A stretch of 64,000 nt of DNA. It comes from Verrucomicrobiota bacterium (GTDB lineage: Bacteria; Verrucomicrobiota; Verrucomicrobiia; Limisphaerales; UBA9464). A program made the translations under genes and the position numbers. The notes beneath the pieces were generated by a model, which did no database searches, was not told the DNA's origin, and was given only the letters and a program-made list of their open reading frames with translations. The stretch lies in the NCBI GenBank assembly GCA_947454705.1, contig CANGKZ010000008.1, forward strand, positions 24,162 to 88,161, given 5' to 3'. Below are positions 36,395 to 45,864 of this stretch, piece by piece (within the stretch, counting starts at the first letter, position 1; every line of letters begins with the position of its first letter).

Positions 36395-37669
36395 ATGGCT
36401 TCCGTTCACTCCGCCGATGCCTCGATTCCGACGCCGAAGCGTCTGCCCATCTTTTACGGATGGGTGGTTCTCTCGGTGGCCGCGCTGGCGATGGTGGCCA
36501 CGCTCCCGGGACGAACGCAGGGACTCGGATTGATCACCGAACCGCTTCTGCGCGACCTGCAGATCAATCGCACCACCTACGCCACGATCAATCTCGTGGC
36601 CACGCTGGCAGGTTCCGTGGCCTGTATCGGATTTGGGCGGCTGATTGACCGGTTCGGGGTGCGCTGGGTGATGACGTTGGTTGCTGCGGCCCTCGGACTC
36701 GTGGTGGTCGCAATGGGACATTCCACCGGCGTCGCGGCCCTGGGCATCGGCATCACGTTGAGCCGGGCTCTGGGTCAGAGTGCGTTGTCGGTCGCGAGCC
36801 TCTCCGTGGTTCCGCTGTGGTTTCATCGACGCCAGCCGATGGCGATGGCGACGTACAGCGTCGTGTTGAGCGTCGGATTCATGATCGCGTTTCCGTGCGT
36901 GGGTTCGGTGGTGTCGCACGACGGATGGCGTCCCGCCTGGAACGCCGTTGGATGGGCCCTGCTGTTGGGAATGGCGCCGATCGCCGCGCTGATGATGCGC
37001 AACCGTCCCTCGGCGTGCGGACTGCAAATCGACGGGGATTCGATCGCGGGGCCGGCGTCGGTTGAATCCACTGACGATGCCGCAACGGGCGACACCTGGC
37101 GGACCGCGATTCGGAAGTCTCATTTCTGGGTGTTTGCCCTGGGATCCACACTCTACGGATTCGTGGCCGCGGGAATGGGGTTGTTTAACGAATCGATCCT
37201 CGCCGAACTCGGATTCGCATCCGGTGTGTATCACAACAGCCTGGTGGTGACGGCGCTGACCGGACTGATCGGAAACTTCCTCGGCGGTTGGCTCCTGCTG
37301 CGGCGTTCGCCGACCCGGTTGATGGCCCTTGCGATGGCTTTGTTGGCGTGCGGACTTTGGGCGCTGCCGCATTTGCGCACGGTCCCCGCGGTGCTGACAC
37401 AAGCGGCGGTCACCGGATTGGCCGGAGGGTTGGTGACGGTGTTGTTCTTCTCGATCTGGAGCCGCTATTTCGGCCGTCTCCACCTCGCCACCATTCAAGG
37501 CGCAGCCCAAACCCTGACCGTGATCGGGTCGGCACTCGGGCCGCTGTGGCTGGCCAAAGTCGTGGAGTGGACCGGATCCTATGCGATTGGATTCACAGTA
37601 GTAGGCGTGGCCGTGGCCGCCGTCGGAATCGCCGCAGCGCTGATTGGTGAACCTGCGAAAACCCGCTAA
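36395..37669 (+). CDS. MFS transporter
   Basis: 424 aa and polytopic. FGRLIDRFGVRWVM is a loop 2-3-like motif. Confidence 0.85.
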   Translation: MASVHSADASIPTPKRLPIFYGWVVLSVAALAMVATLPGRTQGLGLITEPLLRDLQINRTTYATINLVATLAGSVACIGFGRLIDRFGVRWVMTLVAAALGLVVVAMGHSTGVAALGIGITLSRALGQSALSVASLSVVPLWFHRRQPMAMATYSVVLSVGFMIAFPCVGSVVSHDGWRPAWNAVGWALLLGMAPIAALMMRNRPSACGLQIDGDSIAGPASVESTDDAATGDTWRTAIRKSHFWVFALGSTLYGFVAAGMGLFNESILAELGFASGVYHNSLVVTALTGLIGNFLGGWLLLRRSPTRLMALAMALLACGLWALPHLRTVPAVLTQAAVTGLAGGLVTVLFFSIWSRYFGRLHLATIQGAAQTLTVIGSALGPLWLAKVVEWTGSYAIGFTVVGVAVAAVGIAAALIGEPAKTR

Positions 37670-37733
37670 ACCGATCCGCCTCGAAGGAAGCCCAATTACG
37701 AGGGGAGGGGGGCTGCTTCTTCGTATGGAGTAC

Positions 37734-37853
37734 CGCGTTTACGCGGCTCCGCTGTTGGACGAGGAATCCCTCGATGGGGTGAAAAGCTACGCTTAGCGAG
37801 CCTCACACACGCCCACCGGAACCGTCTGAAGACGGGACTCCAAACGTGTGAGG
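37734..37853. repeat. Family-A core only, inverted orientation, without TTGAAGGG arms
   Basis: tatggagtaccgcgtttacgcggctccgctgttgg ... ccgtctgaagacgggactccaaacg is the reverse complement of the core ends in 2383..2626 and 34722..34967. It lies between convergent genes. Confidence 0.7.
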
Positions 37854-37865
37854 CCGCCCTTGGCC

Positions 37866-39026
37866 CTAGCGCCGGAACGACTGGGCGAAATCGTCGGTCG
37901 TGACCTCGCGCACCGTTTTCTCGAATCGCGAATCGCGGATCCGGCGCTGCAACTCGGCTTCCCATGCGGCGCCATCGAGGGGCATCTGGATCGATTGTCC
38001 AAGAATGGACGAATACACCATGGAATTGGCGAGCTCGACTGAATGCATGCCGTCGGCTCCCGGTGCGATCAATGGGGCACCATCGAGAACGGCAGCAACA
38101 AAGTTGTCCATCAAGGCCGCATGCGGCGCGGGGTGATTTTCAAACGGAAGATCGTGCTCGGTGACCGCGGGTTTGCTGAATCCCACGGTTGCGGTGCGGC
38201 TCCATTCCAAGGCATCCGTCTCGTTTTCGAGGAAGGTGAGCTTGTTGTTCTCCAGCACGAGCCGGCCCTTGGAACCGGCCAGTTCGAGTCGATTCGTCCC
38301 CGGGGCTTCGCCGGTGCTGGTGATGAAGACGCCGGTGGCTCCGTGTGACCATTCCAGGTACGCGGTGACCTGATCCTCGACCTCAATGTTGTGCCATCGA
38401 CCCAGTTGGGCAAAACCGCGAACGGACGACGGCATGCCGAGGATCCAGGACAAGACATCGAGATTGTGCAGGCACTGGTTCAACAACACCCCGCCGCCTT
38501 CGCCGCGCCAGGTCGCGCGCCATCCGCCGCTGGAATAGTAGGCATCGGTCCGGAACCAATCGGTGATCAGCCAGCTCACACGTTGCAGCTTTCCGAGCCG
38601 TCCGCTCTCCAGCAGCTCGCGGATGCGGGTGTATCGGGGTTCCACCCGGAGCTGAAACATTCCGGCGAGGATTTGCTTCGGATGCTGCGCGGCACACTTC
38701 AGCAGTCGCTCCGCGTCGGCCTTGTGGGCGGAAATTGGTTTTTCCACCATGACGTGAAGGCCGGCTTCAAGCGCTTCAATGCCGAGGCTGGTGTGTTGGT
38801 AATGAGGGGTTGCGATCAACACGGCGTCGATCGTACCGGACCGCATCATCGCCCCGGCGTCGGTCCACACCGCGAGACCGCGTTCCTTCCACGGCTCGAG
38901 TTTGACGGGATTGGGGGCGCAAACCGCCCGGAGCTCGCATCGGCCCACCTTGCCCGCGAGCAGGTATTCGGCATGGTGCCGACCAATGTTGCCAATGCCG
39001 ATCAATCCGAGGCGCAGCGTGGACAT
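37866..39026 (-). CDS. Gfo/Idh/MocA family oxidoreductase
   Basis: ATG at 39026 gives MSTLRLGLIGIGNIGRHHAEYL, a Rossmann start. The protein has a typical C-terminal dimerisation region. Confidence 0.9.
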   Translation of the reverse strand: MSTLRLGLIGIGNIGRHHAEYLLAGKVGRCELRAVCAPNPVKLEPWKERGLAVWTDAGAMMRSGTIDAVLIATPHYQHTSLGIEALEAGLHVMVEKPISAHKADAERLLKCAAQHPKQILAGMFQLRVEPRYTRIRELLESGRLGKLQRVSWLITDWFRTDAYYSSGGWRATWRGEGGGVLLNQCLHNLDVLSWILGMPSSVRGFAQLGRWHNIEVEDQVTAYLEWSHGATGVFITSTGEAPGTNRLELAGSKGRLVLENNKLTFLENETDALEWSRTATVGFSKPAVTEHDLPFENHPAPHAALMDNFVAAVLDGAPLIAPGADGMHSVELANSMVYSSILGQSIQMPLDGAAWEAELQRRIRDSRFEKTVREVTTDDFAQSFRR

Positions 39027-39158
39027 GCCTTCAGTGTGTGCGGGCGGCGGGGGCCGCATCAAGCCAAGGCGTTTAGCGAAACCGGGAAATGGTTCGGCCG
39101 ACTGCGATGAAGTGACTCGCCCGAATCACACGCCGTGTGCGAGCGAACATCGCCGGCC

Positions 39159-39334
39159 TTTTGGAGTGCGGCGGGAAGCGCAGCGCCACGCCGCTTTGGT
39201 CCGCAGCGGGTGGGGCGCGAATGGAAGGTGGATTGGACTCCGACGCTGGGGCTCCAAGGGGGAACGGTCGGTTTAGTTCCGCATCCGGTTTCGAAAGCGG
39301 TGTCGATGCTCCGCTCTGCCACCGCACTCCAGAA
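39159..39334. repeat. Hairpin-type intergenic repeat, family D (TTGGAGTGCGGCGG ... CCACCGCACTCCAGAA inverted ends)
   Basis: The inverted termini were read directly. The interior contains gcgccacgccgctttgg. There is a single copy in the window. This type is familiar from PVC-group intergenic regions (from memory, unverified). Confidence 0.65.
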
Positions 39335-39391
39335 GTAGCGCCGCGAAGTCCAAGAACAGGTCGGAGTTGAGGTTGAGGCTGCCATTCCAGG

Positions 39392-39964
39392 GTGTACGCT
39401 CTCGGCGTCATGAACGTCCGCCAATTCGCCGCCTGTCTCACCGCCGGAGTCCTGGCGCTGAAGGCGGTGTTCAGCGCGCGATCCGAGGAGTCGGCCGCGC
39501 AGGGAATGGACTCGATGAAGAAACTGGTCCGGAGCCGCTTTCCCTCGGTTCGCCAGTTGTCCACGGCATCGCTCGCCGCCTGGTTGTCCGAAACCAACCG
39601 ACCCAAGCCGATCTTGATCGATGTCCGGACCGATACGGAATATCAGGTCAGCCATCTTCCCGGTGCGGTTCGACTCGATCCGGGAGCTGACACGCTCCCC
39701 AAGGCGTGGGCCACCTCCAAGACGGCCCCAGCCGTTTTGTACTGCTCGGTGGGCTACCGTTCTTCGCAAATGGCCGAGCGTCTCGCAAAAGCGGGCTGGA
39801 CCAATGTGTTCAATTTGGAGGGTTCCATTTTTGATTGGGCCAATGAGGGCCGCGCGATCGAGGCCGGCGGAAAACCCGCGCGCGTGGTTCATCCGTACAA
39901 CACCACCTTCGGCAAGCTGCTCAAACCGGAACTGATGCCTCCCGCAGTCAAACCGCTGCCGTGA
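39392..39964 (+). CDS. Rhodanese-like domain protein (secreted or periplasmic)
   Basis: ILIDVRTDTEYQVSHLPGAVRL and the active-site loop YCSVGYRSS, with a signal-like N-terminus. Confidence 0.85.
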   Translation: MYALGVMNVRQFAACLTAGVLALKAVFSARSEESAAQGMDSMKKLVRSRFPSVRQLSTASLAAWLSETNRPKPILIDVRTDTEYQVSHLPGAVRLDPGADTLPKAWATSKTAPAVLYCSVGYRSSQMAERLAKAGWTNVFNLEGSIFDWANEGRAIEAGGKPARVVHPYNTTFGKLLKPELMPPAVKPLP

Positions 39965-39984
39965 GCCCAACAGGATGATTTTCA

Positions 39985-40015
39985 AACCGCAGATCAACGC
40001 GGATGAACGCGGATA
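39985..40015. repeat. Family-B left-type arm (aaaccgcagatcaacgcggatgaacgcggat)
   Basis: Lies 21 nt after the rhodanese stop. It matches the reverse complement of 41011..41041 at about 28/34 positions by eye. Confidence 0.6.
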
Positions 40016-40050
40016 CCGAAGCTTTTGGCACTCGCGCCGCGGCGCCGTCC

Positions 40051-40085
40051 CCACCCTTCAACCCTTCAACATTTTAACCCTTCAA
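40051..40085. repeat. Solo family-A right-type arm (cacccttcaacccttcaacattttaacccttcaac)
   Basis: Read directly from the sequence. It sits immediately upstream of the desaturase-family gene start. Confidence 0.6.
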
Positions 40086-40099
40086 CCGCCTCCTGCGGA

Positions 40100-40915
40100 A
40101 TGATCGACCCGGCTCCAATTCTGCACTGGCGTCCGACATTGAGCCTCGGATGGCTCATCGCGCTGCTGGTCTGGGAGAATTGGCGACCGTGCTTCGCCCT
40201 GTTCGGCTGCAGTGAGGAACGGGGACGCCACGGGCTTCGCAATGTTGCGCTCTCGTTGATCAATGTGCTGATGGTCAGCCTCCTGTTTGCGGGCGCGTGG
40301 TCCAGCATCGCTGCCTGGTCTGCAAATCACTCCATCGGCGTGCTGCACTGGCTTCCGCTGGGTGGTTTTCTCCACGCGGTCTTCGCCCTCCTGGCATTGG
40401 ATTTTTGGACCTACGCCTGGCACCGGATTTGTCACCAAGTGCCGATGCTCTGGAAATTCCACGCCGTGCACCACGCGGATCGATGCATGGATGTCACCAC
40501 CTCGAACCGATTTCACATGGTGGAGATTTTTCTGTCGTCGCTGTTGCGAATCCCGCTGATCGCGCTGGTGGGAGTGCACTTTGGCGAACTGGTCCTTTAC
40601 GAAACGGTCCTCCAAGTCTGCGTGCAGTGGCAGCACGCAAACATCCGCATTCCCGCGGATTGGGAGCGTCGGATCTCAGCCGTGTTGATCACTCCCGGTC
40701 TTCACAAAGTGCATCACTCCAATCTCCAGCCGGAGACCGATTCCAACTACTCGTCGCTGCTCTCGATCTGGGACCGGTGGATGGGAACGCGCTGCGTGAG
40801 AGAGGATCTGGAACGCATCCAATTCGGGATCGACGGCGAGCCTGAGTCTGCTCCGAATGCGGAGACGCTATCAGGATTGATACGACGCCCGTTTGGGGCC
40901 AAAGCGGCGGAATGA
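40100..40915 (+). CDS. Sterol desaturase / fatty acid hydroxylase family protein
   Basis: Histidine boxes HRICH, HAVHH and HKVHH in a polytopic protein. ATG at 40100 (MIDPAPIL...). Confidence 0.85.
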   Translation: MIDPAPILHWRPTLSLGWLIALLVWENWRPCFALFGCSEERGRHGLRNVALSLINVLMVSLLFAGAWSSIAAWSANHSIGVLHWLPLGGFLHAVFALLALDFWTYAWHRICHQVPMLWKFHAVHHADRCMDVTTSNRFHMVEIFLSSLLRIPLIALVGVHFGELVLYETVLQVCVQWQHANIRIPADWERRISAVLITPGLHKVHHSNLQPETDSNYSSLLSIWDRWMGTRCVREDLERIQFGIDGEPESAPNAETLSGLIRRPFGAKAAE

Positions 40916-41010
40916 ATTTGGAAGGCAGGAAAGCAGGAAGCTGAGAGAGCGCCGAGGTGATGGGATCGCTACCCGATCCAATCAGATCAGATCCGATCTT
41001 CATCCTCTGC

Positions 41011-41041
41011 ATCTGCGTTCATCTGAGTCCATCTGCGGTTT
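41011..41041. repeat. Family-B right-type arm (atctgcgttcatctgagtccatctgcggttt)
   Basis: Inverted partner of 39985..40015. It lies 96 nt after the desaturase-family stop. Confidence 0.6.
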
Positions 41042-41079
41042 AAATTTCCGCTTTTATGCCTTCGGATCCGACGAAGGAA

Positions 41080-42933
41080 TCACGGGGATTCCCGGACGAC
41101 GGTGAGGCGGTCGAGGGGTACGGAATCGAGCTTCTGGTGTTTTCCACCGGGCCAGGTGATTTCAATGGAGTCCACACGGTTGGTGGACCCGAGTCCGAAA
41201 GTGACCGGGAGTTCGCTCGAGCTAAGATAACTGCGGGTGCTGGTGACTTGGCGCCATTGTTTGGCACCGCCCGACACGAGTTCCACGGAGGCTCCGATGG
41301 CATCGCGGTTCGATTTGGAACCTTCGAGTTTCAATCGAACGAAATGATGTCCCGTCGTCTGTTCATTGCGCAGCAGCATCGGCGGTCCGCCCACCTGGGT
41401 GAGCACCACGTCGAGATCTCCGTCGCCGTCGATGTCGGCATACGCGCTTCCGCGGCCGACCCGGGATTGGAACAGGTCCGCACCGGCGCGTTCCGCCGTG
41501 GCGGAGACCAAGCCGCCATCGCCCGCATTCCAGAACAATTGGGCAGGCTGTCGATACGACTGACTGGCCTGGACCTTTGAGATTTCCTCCTCGAGGTGCC
41601 CGTTGCAGGTGAGCACGTCGAGACGCCCGTCGAGGTCATAGTCGAAGAAGAAGATTCCGAACTTCAGCAACAGACGGCTGGCCGGGCCGATTCCCCAGGC
41701 AATGGCATCGTCGGTGAAGAGCAGGGGATCTTCCTTGGCCACGTAGAACGCGGTCATCTCGTTGGCGAAATTGCCGATGGTAACGGCCATCTTGCCGTCG
41801 CCGGTGAAGCGCGCGGCATCAATGCCCATGGCGCCGCGGGTGTTTCCGGCGCCGTCGAAGGCGAGTCCGGTCAGGCCGCCGATCTCGCGGAACTTTCCAT
41901 CCTTGGTGTTTTCAAACACGAAGTTCTGAACCGTGTCATTGGCCACCACGAGGTCGGGGTATCCGTCGTGATTGAGATCCACCGCGGTCACGCCGAGTGA
42001 CTTCCCAGCCGGGACACCGGTGGCGGCATTGCGAACCTGAACTCCGGAGGTCGCTGAAACATCGGTGAAACGCCCTCCACCTTCGTTGTGATACAGGCGG
42101 GAATAGGCACCCTGGAAATTCATCGGCGGTCCGTAGGCGCGGTGCGTGCCGTCGATCTTGTATCCGACCTCGGCATCCAGCTCGCGGGACCAGCGAACGT
42201 AATTGGCCACGAACAAATCCAGGCGTCCGTCGTTGTCGTAATCAAACCACACGGCTGCGGTGCTCCAATCCTTGGCATCTCCGCCCACGCCGGCGAGGGC
42301 GGTGGTTTCGGAGAAATGGCCCGCTCCGTCATTGTGAAACAAGCGGGCGCCGCCGACGCCGGTGATCAGCACATCGGGCCGGCCATCGTTGTCGTAATCG
42401 CCAGTGGCCACACCCATTCCGAAGAAAGGAACGTCCAATCCAGATCCGCGGGTCACGTCGGAAAAGTGGACGACCCCATTTTTGGTTTCGTTGTGATACA
42501 GCGCGGCGGTCGTTTGCGCTCCGCCCGGGGTCCAGGGCCAGGACGTACTGTTGATGAACAGGAGGTCGGGCAGTCCGTCTCCGTCGTAATCGAAGAACGC
42601 CACGCCGCCGCCCATGGTTTCGGGCAGGAGCTTTTCTCCGGTGGCTCCGTTGAAGTGTTTGAAGGTGATGCCGGCCGACGCAGTGATGTCGGTGAACTTG
42701 ATCTGCGGAACCGCCGCGGCAGGGCGTTCGGCAACCTGGGGAGCGGCGAGGGCGGTGACTTTGGTGACCGGCTTCCGGACCCCGACGCGCAGCAGCAGCA
42801 CCACGCCGCCTCCCATCACCGCGAGGATCACCAGAAGCACCAGCGACATTTTCAATCCGCGGGTGATCGCAGCATCGTCCGAGACAATCGGTTCCTCGGA
42901 GTCAGGCGGGACGGGCGGTGGCGTGGACGGCAT
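41080..42933 (-). CDS. CRTAC1 family protein (FG-GAP/VCBS repeats plus ASPIC/UnbV C-terminal domain)
   Basis: Repeated FDYDGDGLPDL / DYDNDGRPD / DIDGDGDLD motifs. The C-terminus SNRDAIGASVELVSGGAKQWRQVTSTRSYLSSSELPVTFGLG...ITWPGG is typical of ASPIC/UnbV. It has an N-terminal TM anchor. Confidence 0.88.
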   Translation of the reverse strand: MPSTPPPVPPDSEEPIVSDDAAITRGLKMSLVLLVILAVMGGGVVLLLRVGVRKPVTKVTALAAPQVAERPAAAVPQIKFTDITASAGITFKHFNGATGEKLLPETMGGGVAFFDYDGDGLPDLLFINSTSWPWTPGGAQTTAALYHNETKNGVVHFSDVTRGSGLDVPFFGMGVATGDYDNDGRPDVLITGVGGARLFHNDGAGHFSETTALAGVGGDAKDWSTAAVWFDYDNDGRLDLFVANYVRWSRELDAEVGYKIDGTHRAYGPPMNFQGAYSRLYHNEGGGRFTDVSATSGVQVRNAATGVPAGKSLGVTAVDLNHDGYPDLVVANDTVQNFVFENTKDGKFREIGGLTGLAFDGAGNTRGAMGIDAARFTGDGKMAVTIGNFANEMTAFYVAKEDPLLFTDDAIAWGIGPASRLLLKFGIFFFDYDLDGRLDVLTCNGHLEEEISKVQASQSYRQPAQLFWNAGDGGLVSATAERAGADLFQSRVGRGSAYADIDGDGDLDVVLTQVGGPPMLLRNEQTTGHHFVRLKLEGSKSNRDAIGASVELVSGGAKQWRQVTSTRSYLSSSELPVTFGLGSTNRVDSIEITWPGGKHQKLDSVPLDRLTVVRESP

Positions 42934-42966
42934 GGGGGGATATCAAATCGGATACGAACCAAAAAC

Positions 42967-45864
42967 TCAACGCGCTGCGGTGCGGATTGCCGGTGGGATT
43001 CCGGCGTCAGTGCGGTGCAGGTCGTAGATGACGATCGTTTGCGCGGCATGGTCGGCGGCCGCGTTGCGACGCCGTGCAGCGGCTACGGCCCGGTCGCGGG
43101 CGTTGTCGTCCGGACGGTACTTCTCATGCAGCGCCCGGTGCGTGGCGGCCTTCTCCTTGTCGCCGAGCTGCGCGCGGATCAAGGCGAGGTTGTAATGCGC
43201 GGTCATGTTCTCGGTGTCGATGGCGAGGGTGTCCTCGAATCGCTTGGCCGCCATTTCCAGGAACTGACGCTGCCGCGCGGGATCTGCGCGTTCCATTTTC
43301 GCGCGTTCGAACAGGGTTTGTCCGAGCTCGTTGATCACTTCGTAATCGCGGCTGAAGTTCAGTCCGCGTTTTTCCAGTTCCGGATATCGATCGTCCAGAA
43401 TGGAGCTGAAATCGCGGATCGCGCGGTCGAGGTAGCCATTCTGCTTGTTCACCAGGCCGTTGAGCCAGGCCACAGTCCATCGATTGGCGGCGGGTTTAAA
43501 TCGGTTGGTGTCGTTGGCGCGATCCAACGCAGCGACGGCGTCATCGAGTCGGCCTTCCTTGAAGAACACACGAGCCAGATTGAGCGGTCCGTCGGCGCGG
43601 CCCAGTTTCTCCACCCGACTGAAGGCTTCGGTGGCCTGGATCAACTCGCCGCGTTCGCTGCCCTTGTCGCCCTTGTTGAAGAGCCCAATGCCGTAGTCGT
43701 TCCATCGCTGCCACTCGGGAATGTCACGTGTCTGCGATGCCACCGCACCGGGCAGGGGATCCCCGCCCTCGATCGGGAAGGTGATCTTGTCGGAGCACAT
43801 CACGGTGATCGGCAGCGGATTGGTCAGCTGCAGCGCCGAGTCGCGGGTGTAGCCCTTCGCAAAGGTGTAGTTGTAGTAAATGGTGTCGAACTTCCGGTAG
43901 TTCAACTTCAGCTCCACGGTCAGGGGGCCGGTTTGATTCTCCGGAACGGTCAGCTTGTAGTGAACCACCGAGGCTGCACCCGGCGGGATCTGGTTGTTGT
44001 AGAGCGGAACAAAGATGTCCTGCGCGTTGCGTCGATCGATTCGGTATCCGTCTCGGTCGAGCATGTACACGTTGACGAAGTGCGACCACGGATCGACTTC
44101 GTTGAACTTTCCGAGCCCGCCGCTGCGGCCGATTTGACGGCCCTTGGAATCGGTCACCGAGGCATCGACCCAAAGTTCGTTGGAATCCACGGTGCCCTGG
44201 GTGAGGGGGTGTCCGAGTTTCAACGTGCGAACCACGGCTTCGAGCAGGTACGTCTTGCCGGGCTTGAGCTTCGGCACCGAGGGACGCAGCGGGGCGATGA
44301 GCGGACTGTCGATCGTGGATCCATCCTTCAACCCAAACGCATCGATCCGCACCGTGTCCTTCATGAACTCCTGGTGCTTGCGAATGATCTCCGCCTTCAC
44401 CTCGGCCGGCTCATTGCGAACATAGGCCACGCCGGTGTTGGCGCTGGGATAGAGATGATTGTGGATCGCGGTGTAGGTGTTGGTCCCATAGACCTTGGCC
44501 GCGAAGTCGTCCGACTTCTGCAACGGCATGTGGCAATCGTTGCAATTGGCCTTGGCTTGGTCGGGGTAATAGAAGCTCCGCGCGTTCACGCCCGACACAC
44601 CGGAGAGCAGGAAGGTGTCGTAGTGGTTCTGCCCGCGCAGCCAGTCTTTGTAGCTGTTGACCGTTCGCGGGATGCTGACCTTGTGGCACGAGGAACAGAA
44701 CTCGGCCGATTTGTGGAAATCCTTGAGGAAGGTCTTTTTGTGGAACCCAGGCTTTCCCTTCACGAGCTGCTTGTTGATGAAGAACGCCAGCGAGTTCGTG
44801 GGCGTGCTGGCGAAGGGATAGTGGATCGGTTCCTCGATGGTGTAATTGCCGTTGCCGATCCGCCCGTGGTCCGCGCCTTCCAGGGAAGTGATGGAATGGC
44901 AGGTCACGCAGGTGATGCCGGCCAGCGCGGTGGGATGGCGCTCGAAATCAAAATTGGGATCATCGAACGCCCCGCTGAAGAACGGCACCGGATCGTGGCA
45001 GCCGGCGCACCAGCGCGACATCTGGACATTGCCGTCGCGCTTCATCGCCAGCTCGCGAGTGCCCTTGATGCTGGCCAGGTAGAACGGGTTGTTGAAGGAG
45101 CTGAACCGGTGGGCGGAATGGACCCAGCCGTCGTACACATCCTTGTGGCACTGGAGGCAGTACTCGTTGTCCATCAGCTTCTGCGCCGGGATGAAATTGC
45201 CCGAAGCGGTCCGGGCGCTGCTCGGTTGGAAGTAACGTTCGCCCTCCTTGGGGCCGCGGACGTTCCACACCCGGGGATCGTGCTTGTGCAGCGCGATCAT
45301 CGCCACCACCAGCGCCGCCACGGCGCCCGCCCAGCTCGCACCGAGCTTCCAACGAATCCGGGGCCCCGCCAGCCGGTGCAGGATGTAAAGCCAGATGCAG
45401 AGCAGGGGGGTGATGACATGCGCCCAGTAGGCGGTGGAACGCGAAGTCGCCCCGCGCACCTGCAGCCATTCCAGTCCCTCCACCCGCATCAGCACCACGC
45501 CCGATCCCAGCAGGACCAGCGAAATGGCGAGCAACACGTACCCCACCCAGACCGCTTTCCGATTAGGCCGGTTCCACGTGTTCCAGATGTGAATCCCGTT
45601 GAAGACCAAAAACGGTACAACGAACAGCAGCCCGAGGATCAGGTGGGCGAGGAACTGGATCTGGTAGAAATAATTTTGGTACGACACCCCCTTGGCCCGG
45701 TCGAGCCACTCCAGGAAGGTCACCGCGGCGAGGTAGACCGAGTTCACCCCAAGGATGGCGAGCAGGGCCCAGACCGTGTTCAACACCCAGGTCAGGCGGG
45801 GACCCACCGCCTTGACGTAGCGGCGGCGGGCGGGTTGGGGAGCTGGCGTTGGGGTGTCGGCCAT
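42967..45864 (-). CDS. Membrane-anchored multiheme c-type cytochrome fused to TPR repeats
   Basis: It has five predicted N-terminal TM helices, some carrying His. Five CxxCH motifs follow (CLQCH, CAGCH, CVTCH, CSSCH, CNDCH). The C-terminal third is TPR-like. The gene ends 33 bp upstream of the CRTAC1 gene. Confidence 0.85.
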   Translation of the reverse strand: MADTPTPAPQPARRRYVKAVGPRLTWVLNTVWALLAILGVNSVYLAAVTFLEWLDRAKGVSYQNYFYQIQFLAHLILGLLFVVPFLVFNGIHIWNTWNRPNRKAVWVGYVLLAISLVLLGSGVVLMRVEGLEWLQVRGATSRSTAYWAHVITPLLCIWLYILHRLAGPRIRWKLGASWAGAVAALVVAMIALHKHDPRVWNVRGPKEGERYFQPSSARTASGNFIPAQKLMDNEYCLQCHKDVYDGWVHSAHRFSSFNNPFYLASIKGTRELAMKRDGNVQMSRWCAGCHDPVPFFSGAFDDPNFDFERHPTALAGITCVTCHSITSLEGADHGRIGNGNYTIEEPIHYPFASTPTNSLAFFINKQLVKGKPGFHKKTFLKDFHKSAEFCSSCHKVSIPRTVNSYKDWLRGQNHYDTFLLSGVSGVNARSFYYPDQAKANCNDCHMPLQKSDDFAAKVYGTNTYTAIHNHLYPSANTGVAYVRNEPAEVKAEIIRKHQEFMKDTVRIDAFGLKDGSTIDSPLIAPLRPSVPKLKPGKTYLLEAVVRTLKLGHPLTQGTVDSNELWVDASVTDSKGRQIGRSGGLGKFNEVDPWSHFVNVYMLDRDGYRIDRRNAQDIFVPLYNNQIPPGAASVVHYKLTVPENQTGPLTVELKLNYRKFDTIYYNYTFAKGYTRDSALQLTNPLPITVMCSDKITFPIEGGDPLPGAVASQTRDIPEWQRWNDYGIGLFNKGDKGSERGELIQATEAFSRVEKLGRADGPLNLARVFFKEGRLDDAVAALDRANDTNRFKPAANRWTVAWLNGLVNKQNGYLDRAIRDFSSILDDRYPELEKRGLNFSRDYEVINELGQTLFERAKMERADPARQRQFLEMAAKRFEDTLAIDTENMTAHYNLALIRAQLGDKEKAATHRALHEKYRPDDNARDRAVAAARRRNAAADHAAQTIVIYDLHRTDAGIPPAIRTAAR

